Shown: positions 1-9,067 of the stretch, in pieces
Numbering within the stretch: position 1 is the stretch's first letter
How the letters are laid out: each line of letters begins with the position of its first letter
Assembly: GCA_944381275.1 (NCBI GenBank)
Contig: CALWKO010000004.1
Span: 5,100 to 69,099 of the forward strand
Direction: 5' to 3'
Origin: an uncultured Clostridia bacterium
Lineage (GTDB): Bacteria; Bacillota; Clostridia; Christensenellales; UBA3700
Length of the DNA: 64,000 nt
Notes under the pieces: generated by a model
Seen by the model: the letters and a program-made list of their open reading frames with translations, nothing else
Told to the model about the DNA's origin: nothing
The model's database searches: none
Position numbers and translations under genes: made by a program

Positions 1-1
1 T

Positions 2-382
2 TACTTCGGGCAGGAGTGGCTGGAAGGTCTTATCTCGGGCAACCTGGCGTTTATAGTGGTGTTCGTAGCGGCCTTTATCATCCTTTCTATAATCAAGGCT
101 ATCATCATGCACTTTGTAAACAAGAGGGGCGGCAAGATCAAGGGCGCGTTTAACGTGGTCAACCACGTGCTCGGCGCAGTCTTGGGCGCGGGCTTCGGCT
201 TTTTGGCGTTCGGCTTTGTGCTCTACTGCTATGTATCCGTCGTGGCTGTGGTCAAATACGAAGGCGACATTCAGCAAGTCGTCGCCGGGCTGGACAGCGT
301 TTCCGCTTGGATGATGAACAACAACGTGTTCCAGAAGATAGTGGAGGCTATTACGGGGTTAAAGGAGTCGATTGGGGGATAA
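2..382 (+). CDS. CvpA-like small polytopic membrane protein, 5'-truncated by the window edge
   Basis: The frame is open from nt 2, with no stop before the GTG at 56. It has Gly/Ala/Phe-rich TM helices (GAVLGAGFGFLAFGFVLYCYVSVVAVV). The family call rests on resemblance only. Confidence 0.4.
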   Translation, partial: YFGQEWLEGLISGNLAFIVVFVAAFIILSIIKAIIMHFVNKRGGKIKGAFNVVNHVLGAVLGAGFGFLAFGFVLYCYVSVVAVVKYEGDIQQVVAGLDSVSAWMMNNNVFQKIVEAITGLKESIGG

Positions 383-384
383 GG

Positions 385-570
385 ATATGATTTTTTGGGG
401 ATAAAAATCAAAATATAAGCACGCCTTACCTACCCCAAAAAAGTGATATTTTTGGCTAGTGAAATAATAAAGCCTTGATGTGAAGTGATGAGCATTAAGG
501 CTTTTTCTCTTCGCAGAAGAATATCACACGCCAAAAGTGGAAATTTGCCTGTTAAATTTCTTTGCGCGGC
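385..570 (+). repeat. composite multi-hairpin extragenic element, copy 1 (short)
   Basis: ATGATTTTTT begins 5 nt after the TAA at 380-382. It contains hairpin a (TTTTTTGGGG...CCCCAAAAAA), the linker GTGATATTTTT, and module c (GGC...GCC), which embeds a terminator. Confidence 0.8.
470..510 (+). terminator. intrinsic terminator inside element module c
   Basis: Stem AAGCCTT/AAGGCTT followed by TTTTTCTCTT, downstream of the cvpA-like gene. Confidence 0.6.
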
Positions 571-630
571 AATAGATATGGCGGCGTGTGTTGCCCCTTA
601 TACTTCCTTTCGGCAGGTTGCAAGCGCTTA

Positions 631-891
631 TTAAAGCCGGGCGCTTTCCGCGCTATCTTTCTTGCCTTCTATCTTTTTATAGAGGGGATAAGCGCATGCC
701 AGCGTGCCCAAGCCTACGATTGCGGCGATGGCTCCGCATACGCTCATTATTGCGCTGCCGCCGATTACGGCGAGGGCTATGCCCATGCCTCCCGCGAGTG
801 CGCCCACCGCGCCCACGGTTATAGATGTGGCTATTGCCGCCGCCTTTTGCTTGCGCTCCAATTGCTCGTATGCCGTAATGTTCTTTTTCAT
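631..891 (-). CDS. small glycine-zipper membrane protein (hypothetical)
   Basis: GGAG lies 9 nt upstream of the second ATG (891). The central hydrophobic stretch is a Gly/Ala zipper (GAVGALAGGMGIALAVIGGSAIMSVCGAIAAIVGLG). The overlapping + strand ORF 562..939 is Cys/Arg/His-rich and looks non-coding. Confidence 0.45.
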   Translation of the reverse strand: MKKNITAYEQLERKQKAAAIATSITVGAVGALAGGMGIALAVIGGSAIMSVCGAIAAIVGLGTLACAYPLYKKIEGKKDSAESARL

Positions 892-1125
892 TTTTTTCAT
901 CTCCTTTCCTTTCTTTCTGTCATTAGTTTACCCTTTTAATGTTAAATTATCGTTGCGCGGCGGTTAAATTGAGGTAACGCGGCAGTAAAACAATTGTAAA
1001 TTTGTCCTTTTCTATCTCTTCACTTTTAAATACTCAGATTTGCAAGATACATATTTTCGTGTCCGCCCTTCCTCTTGCCTCATTTGATGTGTTTGATCGA
1101 CGTTTGGTAAAGGTGCTATTAAGAC

Positions 1126-1154
1126 TTGCTTTTTTTTGTAAAAAAGTGTATAGT
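1126..1154 (+). promoter_or_regulatory. candidate promoter for the TIR-methyltransferase gene
   Basis: TTGCTT, a 17-nt spacer, then TATAGT, about 65 nt upstream of ATG 1220. Confidence 0.35.
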
Positions 1155-1219
1155 ATTTTTAGTAAATATAATTACACAAAAGAATTACTCTTTGATACAT
1201 GCTGATGGAGGGGGTACAG

Positions 1220-2518
1220 ATGGCAACTCAAGTATTTATAAGTTACAGGCGTGCCGATGGGTTTTATCCTGCGCTTTTACTTTATAGGGAACTTATCGCT
1301 GCCAATTATAGCGTATTTTTTGATATAAAAAGTATTCGCATGGGCAAATTTCCCGACATTATCAAGCAGAATATCGAAGAGTGCACGGATTTTATTTTGA
1401 TAGTCAGCCCGTCCACATTCAGCGAAAGAATTTTTGACGATAACGATTGGGTTCGCAAAGAGATACGCCTGGCGCTTTCTCTCAACAAAAATATTATAAC
1501 GGTTTTTATCAACACCACTATTCCGGAAACGCTCCCGGAAGATATAGATAAGATTCGTTATTTCAACGGGATACAGCAATTGGATCCCAACTTGATAAGC
1601 GAAAATTACAAGCGATTGTTTAAAGATTTTATGATTTCGCACCCACAGATCAAACCCTCTCCTTTTGTAAATAGGCGTTGTTCTGCATACGACGTAAATT
1701 TCGGTGACGAATTCGGCAGGCTGCAAATACAGTCAAGAAATTCACTTAACAGCGACCTTAGCGTGTTGAAAAAAGTGAATGCCGGCGGTGTTGTTTTGGA
1801 CGTAGGGTGTGCTTTCGGCGTAGTAACGCTGTCACGATTCGATTCTGATAATTATACTCGCGTTATAGGGATAGACAAAGATAACGATAGCGTCGCTTAT
1901 GCGTGTGAACACACTCCCGAAAAATTTGATTTTGCCGTTATGGATGTTGAAGCTAGCGATTTCCGTGACCAATTAAGCGCTTTAATGCAAAGCAAAAATA
2001 TCGAGAGTTTTGACGTGATATTTATATCTCTCGTGCTGCATCATTTGCGAGATCCTTATGCCGCATTGCGCAAATTGCGCAGATTTCTATCCCACGACGG
2101 GGTAATTATCGTCCGCGGATCGGACGACGGCACAAAAATAGCCTACCCTGATGAACAAGCGTTATTGCCGACTATAATTTCAAAAACGTTACAGGCTCAC
2201 AATGTTTCAGACAGATTACACGGAAGAAAGATTTACGATTGGCTCAAACAGTCGGGCTTTGCAAATGTCAAAATGTACAGTTTTATGAGAGACACCTCTT
2301 CCTTGGATTTAGACGAAAGAGAAGATCTATTCCGCGAGAGTTTTTCTTACCGCATAAACTATTTTCATAAACAGTTAAAGTTAGAACCCTACACTGAAGA
2401 GAACTTCCACGCATTTGAAGAGATGGAGACATTGCTTGCACTTTTCGAAAACGAATTTATGAAAGAAACATTTTGGTACGCCGAATATGATTACATAGGA
2501 GTAGGCTATAAAAAATAA
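1220..2518 (+). CDS. TIR domain / class I SAM-dependent methyltransferase fusion protein
   Basis: RBS GGAGGGGG sits 7 nt before ATG 1220. The N-terminus (VFISYRRADG...ILIVSPS...DWVRKEIRLAL) is TIR_2-like. The C-terminus carries methyltransferase motifs (VLDVGCAFG, DVIFISLVLHHL, DGVIIVRG). Confidence 0.85.
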   Translation: MATQVFISYRRADGFYPALLLYRELIAANYSVFFDIKSIRMGKFPDIIKQNIEECTDFILIVSPSTFSERIFDDNDWVRKEIRLALSLNKNIITVFINTTIPETLPEDIDKIRYFNGIQQLDPNLISENYKRLFKDFMISHPQIKPSPFVNRRCSAYDVNFGDEFGRLQIQSRNSLNSDLSVLKKVNAGGVVLDVGCAFGVVTLSRFDSDNYTRVIGIDKDNDSVAYACEHTPEKFDFAVMDVEASDFRDQLSALMQSKNIESFDVIFISLVLHHLRDPYAALRKLRRFLSHDGVIIVRGSDDGTKIAYPDEQALLPTIISKTLQAHNVSDRLHGRKIYDWLKQSGFANVKMYSFMRDTSSLDLDEREDLFRESFSYRINYFHKQLKLEPYTEENFHAFEEMETLLALFENEFMKETFWYAEYDYIGVGYKK

Positions 2519-2601
2519 CTGCGTAAACCCGCCTTTTTTACCGATAAAAAGCGGCTGTGCGGGCACTTTTCTTTTTTCCCGTTTTCTGCTATAATGGGGA
2601 T

Positions 2602-3795
2602 ATGGACGAAAAAGAAAAACAGCAAATACGCGAACAAGTCACCTTGCGGGCGCGAGAGGCGGAAGACAGGCTCTCCCCTTTTGCCGCGCGTGAAAAGGAC
2701 TGCTTGCGAAGAAGCGACTATTCCTACAACTTCTACCGCCGCGGATATGTGCGCGATTGCGAAGCGGTGATAAATTTGGCGCAATACAACCGTTACGGCG
2801 GCAAGACGCAGGTGTTTTCCCTGCACGCGAACAACGATATATCCACGCGCGCCTCGCACGTGGGACTCGTTTCGCGCATAGCCCGCACGATAGGCAGAGC
2901 GCTCAATTTGAACTGCGACCTCATCGAAGCCATCGCCTGCGCCCACGATTTGGGGCACGCGCCCTTTGGTCACAAGGGCGAAGTGTGGCTGAACGCCGCC
3001 GCGCGCAAGTACGGCTATACCTTTGCCCACCATGTGCAATCGGCGCGCTACCTCGACCACATCACCCGCTCCAATATCTCCCTGCCCGTGATAGACGGCG
3101 TATTGTGCCATAACGGCGAACACGTCCTGCGCGAATATGCGCCCAACGAGCTCGCAACTCGCACTTTTGACGACTTGGAAAAAAAGCTGGAGCGCGCATA
3201 CCGCGGGGAGATAACCCAAGCCGAGCTCATGCCCGCCACCTTGGAAGGCTGCCTGGTGCGCATATGCGACGTGATAGCCTACCTGGGCAAGGACAGGCAG
3301 GACGCGGACAGGCTGGGCGTGCATCCCCTGAACGATTACACCGACTACGGCGCGGGAGTGCTCAACCACAAGATAATACGCGCGGCGGGCGAGGACATCA
3401 TCTTCAACAGTTACGGCAAGAACGCGATAGTGCTTTCCGACAATATATACGCCGCCCTGGTAAACGGCATGCGCGAAAACTACGCCTTTATATACAAAAC
3501 GGAGAGCACGGGCATAACCGCAGAGCAGTCACAGCGCATGGAAAAGGCGGTGGAAGAGGCTTTCGAGTTTGTTTTGAGCGATCTTAGGGCGGGCGGCAAG
3601 CTGCTGGACGAGATATACTTCCCCTATATCTACGCCAATCCTTCTTCCGTGCAGGCATACAAAAAAGCGGACGAAAACGCGCCCGAACGGGTGGCGGCGG
3701 ACTTCATTGCGAGCATGTGCGACGACTACTTCCTCTCCTTCTACAACAGGTATTTGGGCAGGCTGGAGCTCAAGCGGACGGATTATTTTGATTAA
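2602..3795 (+). CDS. HD-domain dGTPase-like triphosphohydrolase
   Basis: SHVGLVSRIARTIG...IACAHDLGHAPFGHKGE is the classical dGTPase-family HD signature. The start is set at ATG 2602 (MDEKEKQQ) because the upstream ORF extension is Phe-rich junk. Confidence 0.8.
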   Translation: MDEKEKQQIREQVTLRAREAEDRLSPFAAREKDCLRRSDYSYNFYRRGYVRDCEAVINLAQYNRYGGKTQVFSLHANNDISTRASHVGLVSRIARTIGRALNLNCDLIEAIACAHDLGHAPFGHKGEVWLNAAARKYGYTFAHHVQSARYLDHITRSNISLPVIDGVLCHNGEHVLREYAPNELATRTFDDLEKKLERAYRGEITQAELMPATLEGCLVRICDVIAYLGKDRQDADRLGVHPLNDYTDYGAGVLNHKIIRAAGEDIIFNSYGKNAIVLSDNIYAALVNGMRENYAFIYKTESTGITAEQSQRMEKAVEEAFEFVLSDLRAGGKLLDEIYFPYIYANPSSVQAYKKADENAPERVAADFIASMCDDYFLSFYNRYLGRLELKRTDYFD

Positions 3796-3931
3796 ATTTG
3801 CATAAATATTACCCTGTATATGCGTATGCGCGCAAAAAGTTGCGCGTATGTGGTTTACACGGCGCGATATTTATGATAAATTATATATGATACACTACTC
3901 GGCTATACACCTGCCGAACCAAGGAGCTATT

Positions 3932-6900
3932 ATGGGTAAAGACAAAAATTTCGTGAACAAGGCTTTGGCAAACGGTTCTCACGCCTTGAATTTGATGTCC
4001 TTAAAGGGGAAGATCTATAAGAAGATAGGATCGCTCAAACCCCAAGGCATCCTCTCCGACGAACCCATCAAGTGGGAGGATTTGGACAAGAGCAAGTTCA
4101 AGAATATGCGCTTTATGCAAAAGTGGGCGGATAAGTTCGGCTGCGCCTGGTTCCGCTTCACCGGCACCGTGCCCGCGGAAGCCAAGGGCAAAAAGGTGGT
4201 GGCGCGCATAAAGCTGCAGGGCGAAGGGCTCGTCTACGACAAGGACGGCAACATCTTGCAGGGCATAACTCAAGTGCTCTCCAAGGGCGACTTGTTCCAC
4301 TCCTCTATCGGCAAGCAGATAGTGGACATCTCCGACTGCGCCGAGGGCGGCGAACAGATAGAACTTTATGTGGACGCCGGCTTCAACGGCAAACTGCGCT
4401 TTGAAAACATGGCGGCGCACCTGCGCAGGTACGACATCGCCGCAATGGACGACGAGGCGAACGGCTATTATTACGACTATATCGAAGCCTACTTCCTCAT
4501 GTGCAAACTGCTGGGCGACGCGGAGGATTTGAAGGAAAAACAGCAAGACAAGGCGGAAAAATACGTCTCCCGCGCCAAGGCTTTGGACGAAGGCATGAAA
4601 GCGGCGTGGAAGGTATATAAGGAAAAGGGCGCAAAGGCGGCGCGCGAAGCGCTCGCACCCGTCCTCTTCACCCCCATCGACTACCCCGCCGTTACGCACT
4701 ATGCCGTGGGTCACGCACACATCGATTTGGCATGGCTGTGGCCGATACGCGAAACTCACCGCAAGGTGGGCAGGACGTTCGCCAACCAACTGCGCAACAT
4801 CAAAAAGTACGACAAGTTCATATTTGCCGAGTCCCAGCCGCAGATGTTTGAGTGGCTGAAGGAAGATTATCCGCAGCTTTTTGAAGAGGTTAAAAAGCAG
4901 GTGGAAGCGGGCAGAATAGAGCTGCAAGGCGGCATGTGGGTGGAGAGCGACTGCAACCTGCCCCAGGGCGAAAGCTGGATAAGGCAGTTCCTTTACGGCA
5001 AGCGTTACTTCAAGGAAGAGTTCGGCAAGGACATGAAGATGTGCTGGCTGCCCGACTGCTTCGGCTTCCCCGCCACCCTGCCCCAAGTGATCAAGGGCTG
5101 CGGCATGGACTACTTTATGACGATAAAGATAATGTCCAACACGGTGAACGAATTCCCCCACTCCACCTTCAAGTGGAAGGGCTTGGACGGCAGCGAAGTG
5201 CTCGCGCATATGGAGCCCGCCGGCGATTACAACTCCGGCGCTTCCCCTCTTGCCATATTCAAATCCAACAAGCGCAATAAGGAAAAAGAGATAGTGCCGC
5301 AATGCCTGCTCCTCTACGGCGACGGCGACGGCGGCGGCGGTCCCGGCGAAGGGCACATCGAATACGTTTCCCGCATGGAAAAGGGAATAAACGGACTTGC
5401 GCCCGTGAAGTTCTCCTCCGCGATAGACTTCTTTGAGGATTTAGAATCTTTTAACGACGTCATCCCCGAATACGACGGCGAGCTGTATTACGAGCGCCAT
5501 CAGGGCACATACACCTCTCAGGCGGCAAACAAGCTGTGGAACAGGCGCATGGAAAACATGCTTCACTTGGTGGAGCTGCTGGGCGCGGAAGGCAAGCTGC
5601 GCGGAGTGACCTACGACCGCGCTCTTGTGGAAAAGATCTGGAAGGAAGTGCTCCTCTACCAATTCCACGACGTGCTCCCCGGCTCCTGCATCAAGCGCGT
5701 CTACGACGAGAGCAAGGAACGCTATAAGGAGCTGTATAAGCAGATCCAGGCGGTGGCGGCAACGCTCATCGACGATATGTCTAAGGGCGATTCCGAAGAA
5801 TACTCCGCAATAAACCCCGTGGACTTTGCCCGCAAGGAATATATCCGCGTGGAAGACAAGTGGTACTCCGTAGACCTCGCCCCCATGAGCGCGGGCAAGG
5901 TAGTACCTGTGGAAAACCCCGACATATCTTCCCTCACATTCGGCGAAAACACCATATCCAACGGGCTTGTCACGATAACCTTCGGCAAGGGCGGCGAGAT
6001 AACTTCCTTGAAGGATGAAAAGAACAACAAAGAATTGGTGGCGGAAGGCGGCTCCTTCAACAAGCTGACCATCTACCAAGACCCCTTCATGTACTACAAC
6101 GCCTGGGACATCCGCATGGATTACGACAAGCTGAGGAGCCACACCCTCAAACTCGAGGGCACCGATACCTATATCGAGGGCGTGCGCGTGGTTAGGCGCA
6201 ACCGCTACCGCTATATGGATTCGCAATTCGAACAGACCGTGGCGCTCACCTTGGGCGATACGCTCGTGCAGTTCGACATGGACGCGGATTGGCACGAAGA
6301 GCTCAAGATGCTGCGCGCGGACTTCACCCCTTCCGTATTTGCGGACAAGGTGAAGTGCGACATTCAGTTCGGTCAGATAGACCGCTCCACCAAAAACGAC
6401 ACCTCTATCGAGAGGGCGCAGTTTGAAGTGTGCGCGCATAAGTTCGTCAACCTGGACGGCGAAGATTACTCTCTCGCCCTGTTCAACCGCTGCAAGTACG
6501 GGCACAAGGTGAAGGAGGGAATGCTCTCCCTCGCGCTCCTGCGCGCGCCCCGCTTCCCCGACCCCGAATGCGACCGCGGCACGCACCACATCAGCTACGC
6601 GCTCTATCCTCATAAAGAAAAATTTGAAGAAAGCGACGTAAAAGCGCGCGCCTACTGCTACAACAACGTGGTCATGCTGCGCAAAGCGGACTTCGAGATG
6701 ACCTCTCCCGTCACCTGCCAGGCGGACGGCGTTATAGTGGAAACGGTGAAAGTCGCCGAGGACGAGAAGGGCATAGTGGTTCGCCTTTACGAATACAAGG
6801 GCAAGGAAACCGTGGCAAACGTATCCTTGAAGGGCGGCACTTCCGCATACGTCTGCGACATGCTGGAAAACAAGGGTGAAAAAGCGGATACTTCCGCCCT

Positions 6901-6946
6901 CGCCTTTAAGCCTTTCGAGATAAAGACGCTTTATTTCGAAGTATAA
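3932..6946 (+). CDS. GH38 alpha-mannosidase
   Basis: AAGGAG RBS precedes ATG 3932. It carries the GH38 N-terminal metal-site motif AVGHAHIDLAWLWP, is about 1000 aa long and has QFHDVLPGS downstream. Confidence 0.9.
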   Translation: MGKDKNFVNKALANGSHALNLMSLKGKIYKKIGSLKPQGILSDEPIKWEDLDKSKFKNMRFMQKWADKFGCAWFRFTGTVPAEAKGKKVVARIKLQGEGLVYDKDGNILQGITQVLSKGDLFHSSIGKQIVDISDCAEGGEQIELYVDAGFNGKLRFENMAAHLRRYDIAAMDDEANGYYYDYIEAYFLMCKLLGDAEDLKEKQQDKAEKYVSRAKALDEGMKAAWKVYKEKGAKAAREALAPVLFTPIDYPAVTHYAVGHAHIDLAWLWPIRETHRKVGRTFANQLRNIKKYDKFIFAESQPQMFEWLKEDYPQLFEEVKKQVEAGRIELQGGMWVESDCNLPQGESWIRQFLYGKRYFKEEFGKDMKMCWLPDCFGFPATLPQVIKGCGMDYFMTIKIMSNTVNEFPHSTFKWKGLDGSEVLAHMEPAGDYNSGASPLAIFKSNKRNKEKEIVPQCLLLYGDGDGGGGPGEGHIEYVSRMEKGINGLAPVKFSSAIDFFEDLESFNDVIPEYDGELYYERHQGTYTSQAANKLWNRRMENMLHLVELLGAEGKLRGVTYDRALVEKIWKEVLLYQFHDVLPGSCIKRVYDESKERYKELYKQIQAVAATLIDDMSKGDSEEYSAINPVDFARKEYIRVEDKWYSVDLAPMSAGKVVPVENPDISSLTFGENTISNGLVTITFGKGGEITSLKDEKNNKELVAEGGSFNKLTIYQDPFMYYNAWDIRMDYDKLRSHTLKLEGTDTYIEGVRVVRRNRYRYMDSQFEQTVALTLGDTLVQFDMDADWHEELKMLRADFTPSVFADKVKCDIQFGQIDRSTKNDTSIERAQFEVCAHKFVNLDGEDYSLALFNRCKYGHKVKEGMLSLALLRAPRFPDPECDRGTHHISYALYPHKEKFEESDVKARAYCYNNVVMLRKADFEMTSPVTCQADGVIVETVKVAEDEKGIVVRLYEYKGKETVANVSLKGGTSAYVCDMLENKGEKADTSALAFKPFEIKTLYFEV

Positions 6947-6961
6947 CAAAAAATACAAAAG

Positions 6962-6987
6962 ACGGGGCGCCGCGGCGCCCCGTTTTT
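6962..6987. terminator. bidirectional intrinsic terminator between the mannosidase and GIY-YIG genes
   Basis: A perfect 22-nt GC palindrome (ACGGGGCGCCGCGGCGCCCCGT) is flanked by an A-rich run upstream and TTTTT downstream. It lies between convergent gene ends. Confidence 0.75.
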
Positions 6988-7009
6988 ATGCCCGTTATTC
7001 CTCTTCCTT

Positions 7010-7861
7010 TCAATTATCGTTCAATCCGAACCGCCGTGACATGAGTATGTTCTTCCAATGCGTTTCACGCTCGATGATGTAATCGTTACCCAAATTCATA
7101 TTGCACACTTCCAATATGGAAAACCGAAAGTTTTCCGCATACTCCTTGCCGCGCTCGCTGAGCAGCCGCTTTAACTCAACGTTGCCGCCGTGTCCGCTCT
7201 CCGCGTACGCCGCCCATCTCTGCCATATGCACTCTTCGCCGTACGCGCTGCCCACATACTGCCTGCCCGTATGCGCGTCCGTTATCAAATATACTCCCTT
7301 CACATTGGAAAGCGCCGTCTTCCATGAGCTTATCCCCTCTTTCACGATCGTACGCAACAGCTCGTAATCTAATTCTACTTTGTCAAAGCCGGGGAAATCA
7401 CGCACCGACACTTTGTTTTCCAAAAGGCTAGCCAAATACATATCGCGCGGAGGCATGCCTCCGTCGGAAGGCATCATCTCTAAATTCAAATACGAATGGC
7501 GGAAGTTGCGATGAAAATATATCACCGCCCTGCCTATCAAGTCCTTCTGCACGTCCGCAAGGCGCGTTTCGTACTTCCAGCCCGTCCAGCCGCCCCTCTC
7601 GATTTGCTTGGGCGGCACGGATAAAACTTTATACACGCCCGCGAACATCCACTTATCCCTGTCCATATATGCGAGCGAGATCACATATTTGCGCCCGAAA
7701 TTCTTATTCGTCTGACACTCCTGCCACTCGGTGAACTCCTCCTGACCCAGAAGCAATTTTTTATACGGACGCATCTTATCGCTTCCGCCCGTGGCAAGGT
7801 GCACTTTGTAATCCCCGTACTCTTCGGCGGTAATGCCCAAAATTTGCGTGAGTTTAATCAT
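7010..7861 (-). CDS. GIY-YIG nuclease family protein with an unassigned N-terminal domain
   Basis: The C-terminal module is KGVYLITD..GRQYVGSAYG...RW..YA.SGHGGNVEL...ERETHWKN. The ATG overlaps the upstream ADH stop by 4 nt. Confidence 0.8.
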   Translation of the reverse strand: MIKLTQILGITAEEYGDYKVHLATGGSDKMRPYKKLLLGQEEFTEWQECQTNKNFGRKYVISLAYMDRDKWMFAGVYKVLSVPPKQIERGGWTGWKYETRLADVQKDLIGRAVIYFHRNFRHSYLNLEMMPSDGGMPPRDMYLASLLENKVSVRDFPGFDKVELDYELLRTIVKEGISSWKTALSNVKGVYLITDAHTGRQYVGSAYGEECIWQRWAAYAESGHGGNVELKRLLSERGKEYAENFRFSILEVCNMNLGNDYIIERETHWKNILMSRRFGLNDN

Positions 7862-8898
7862 TTTTCCTCCCCGTAAGTTATCGCTACTTTCATAACCCCG
7901 TCCCGCCTTTCGGCAAATAGCGCGTATGCCTTATCCAGCTCCTTGAACGGGAAGGTGTGGGTGATGAGCGGTGTGGTATCCAGCCTTCCCTCTGCGATGA
8001 GGGCGAGTATCTCCGCGCATTTGTTCCCGTCCACGCCGCCCGTTTTGAAGGTGAGGTTTTTGCCGTACATATCGGGCAAAGGCAGGCTTTGCGCCTTGTC
8101 GTACATCGCCACCACGGTTACTATCGCGTTGGGGCGAGCGGCTTTCCACGCCGCTTGAAAGGTGTCCTCTCCGCCCGCGGCTTCTATCACCCTGTCCGCT
8201 CCGCCGCGCGGCATGGCGGCGCAAAGGCGCTCCGCCTCCTTTGGCTCAACCACCTTTATCGTGGGGAAGTTTTTGCGCAAAAATTCACCCCTGCCCTCGT
8301 TTTTCTCGCACAAGAGGACCTCTCCGCCCGCTATCTGCGCACACAAAGCGCAGCACACGCCGGCAGGACCTCCGCCCAAAACGAGCACGTTATCCCCCTT
8401 TTCTATCTCCGATATATCCGCCGCCCAATAGCCCGTGGCGAGGATGTCGCCCACAAAGAGCGCCTGCCTGTCCGTCACATTTGCGGGTATCTTCGTAAGT
8501 CCCGTATCTGCGTGCGGCACGCGCACGAGCGGAGCCTGCATGCCGTCTATCCTGCACCCAAGCGCCCAGCCGCCGTCCTTGTCCGTGCAGTTGTTCACCC
8601 AGCCGTGCTTGCAAAAATAGCACTCGCCGCAAAACGTTTCCACATTGATTGCGACCCTGTCCCCGGACGCAACGCTCTTAACGCCGCCGCCTACGCGCTC
8701 CACGATTCCCACCGCTTCGTGCCCCAAAGTCACGCCTTTCACCGCGCGCGGCACGCTGCCGCGGATTATGTGCAAATCGCTCGTGCAAATGCTGGAAAGC
8801 GTCACCCGCACGATCGCGTCCTTTTCGCCGACAATGCTCGGTTCTGCCTTTTCGCAAAAACCCGCTTCCCCGCGGGATAAATAACAATAACTCTGCAT
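7858..8898 (-). CDS. zinc-dependent alcohol dehydrogenase (MDR family)
   Basis: It has GHEAVGIVERVG, the structural Zn loop CGECYFCKHGWVNNC and the Rossmann motif LGGGPAGV. RBS GGAGAGGTG precedes ATG 8898. Confidence 0.85.
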   Translation of the reverse strand: MQSYCYLSRGEAGFCEKAEPSIVGEKDAIVRVTLSSICTSDLHIIRGSVPRAVKGVTLGHEAVGIVERVGGGVKSVASGDRVAINVETFCGECYFCKHGWVNNCTDKDGGWALGCRIDGMQAPLVRVPHADTGLTKIPANVTDRQALFVGDILATGYWAADISEIEKGDNVLVLGGGPAGVCCALCAQIAGGEVLLCEKNEGRGEFLRKNFPTIKVVEPKEAERLCAAMPRGGADRVIEAAGGEDTFQAAWKAARPNAIVTVVAMYDKAQSLPLPDMYGKNLTFKTGGVDGNKCAEILALIAEGRLDTTPLITHTFPFKELDKAYALFAERRDGVMKVAITYGEEK

Positions 8899-8981
8899 AA
8901 TCTTCACCTCTCCTCTATTATCCCACCAAAAACACTCACTGTCAAGGCAACGCGAAGCGCACAAAAAGTTTACGACAAGTG

Positions 8982-9010
8982 TTGAATTTCGGTCAGGGAT
9001 GTGTTATCAT
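8982..9010 (+). promoter_or_regulatory. candidate sigma-A promoter for the permease gene
   Basis: TTGAAT, a 17-nt spacer, then an extended -10 (TGtTATCAT). It lies about 58 nt upstream of ATG 9068. Confidence 0.4.
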
Positions 9011-9067
9011 GGAAGAGCAAGGGAAATATTTTATTTCACCGCCATTAAAATTTTCGGAGGTACATGC

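Noticed and set aside
562-939. 125-aa plus-strand ORF overlapping the small membrane protein gene
   Set aside because: Its composition is Cys/Arg/His/Tyr-rich and it has no RBS. The minus-strand ORF has a GGAG RBS and a coherent glycine-zipper TM segment.
8965-9067. Looked for a purine riboswitch upstream of the NCS2 purine permease
   Set aside because: The ~50-nt leader after the candidate promoter is too short. It lacks the conserved purine-riboswitch junction sequences (U/A-rich three-way junction with paired P2/P3 loops).
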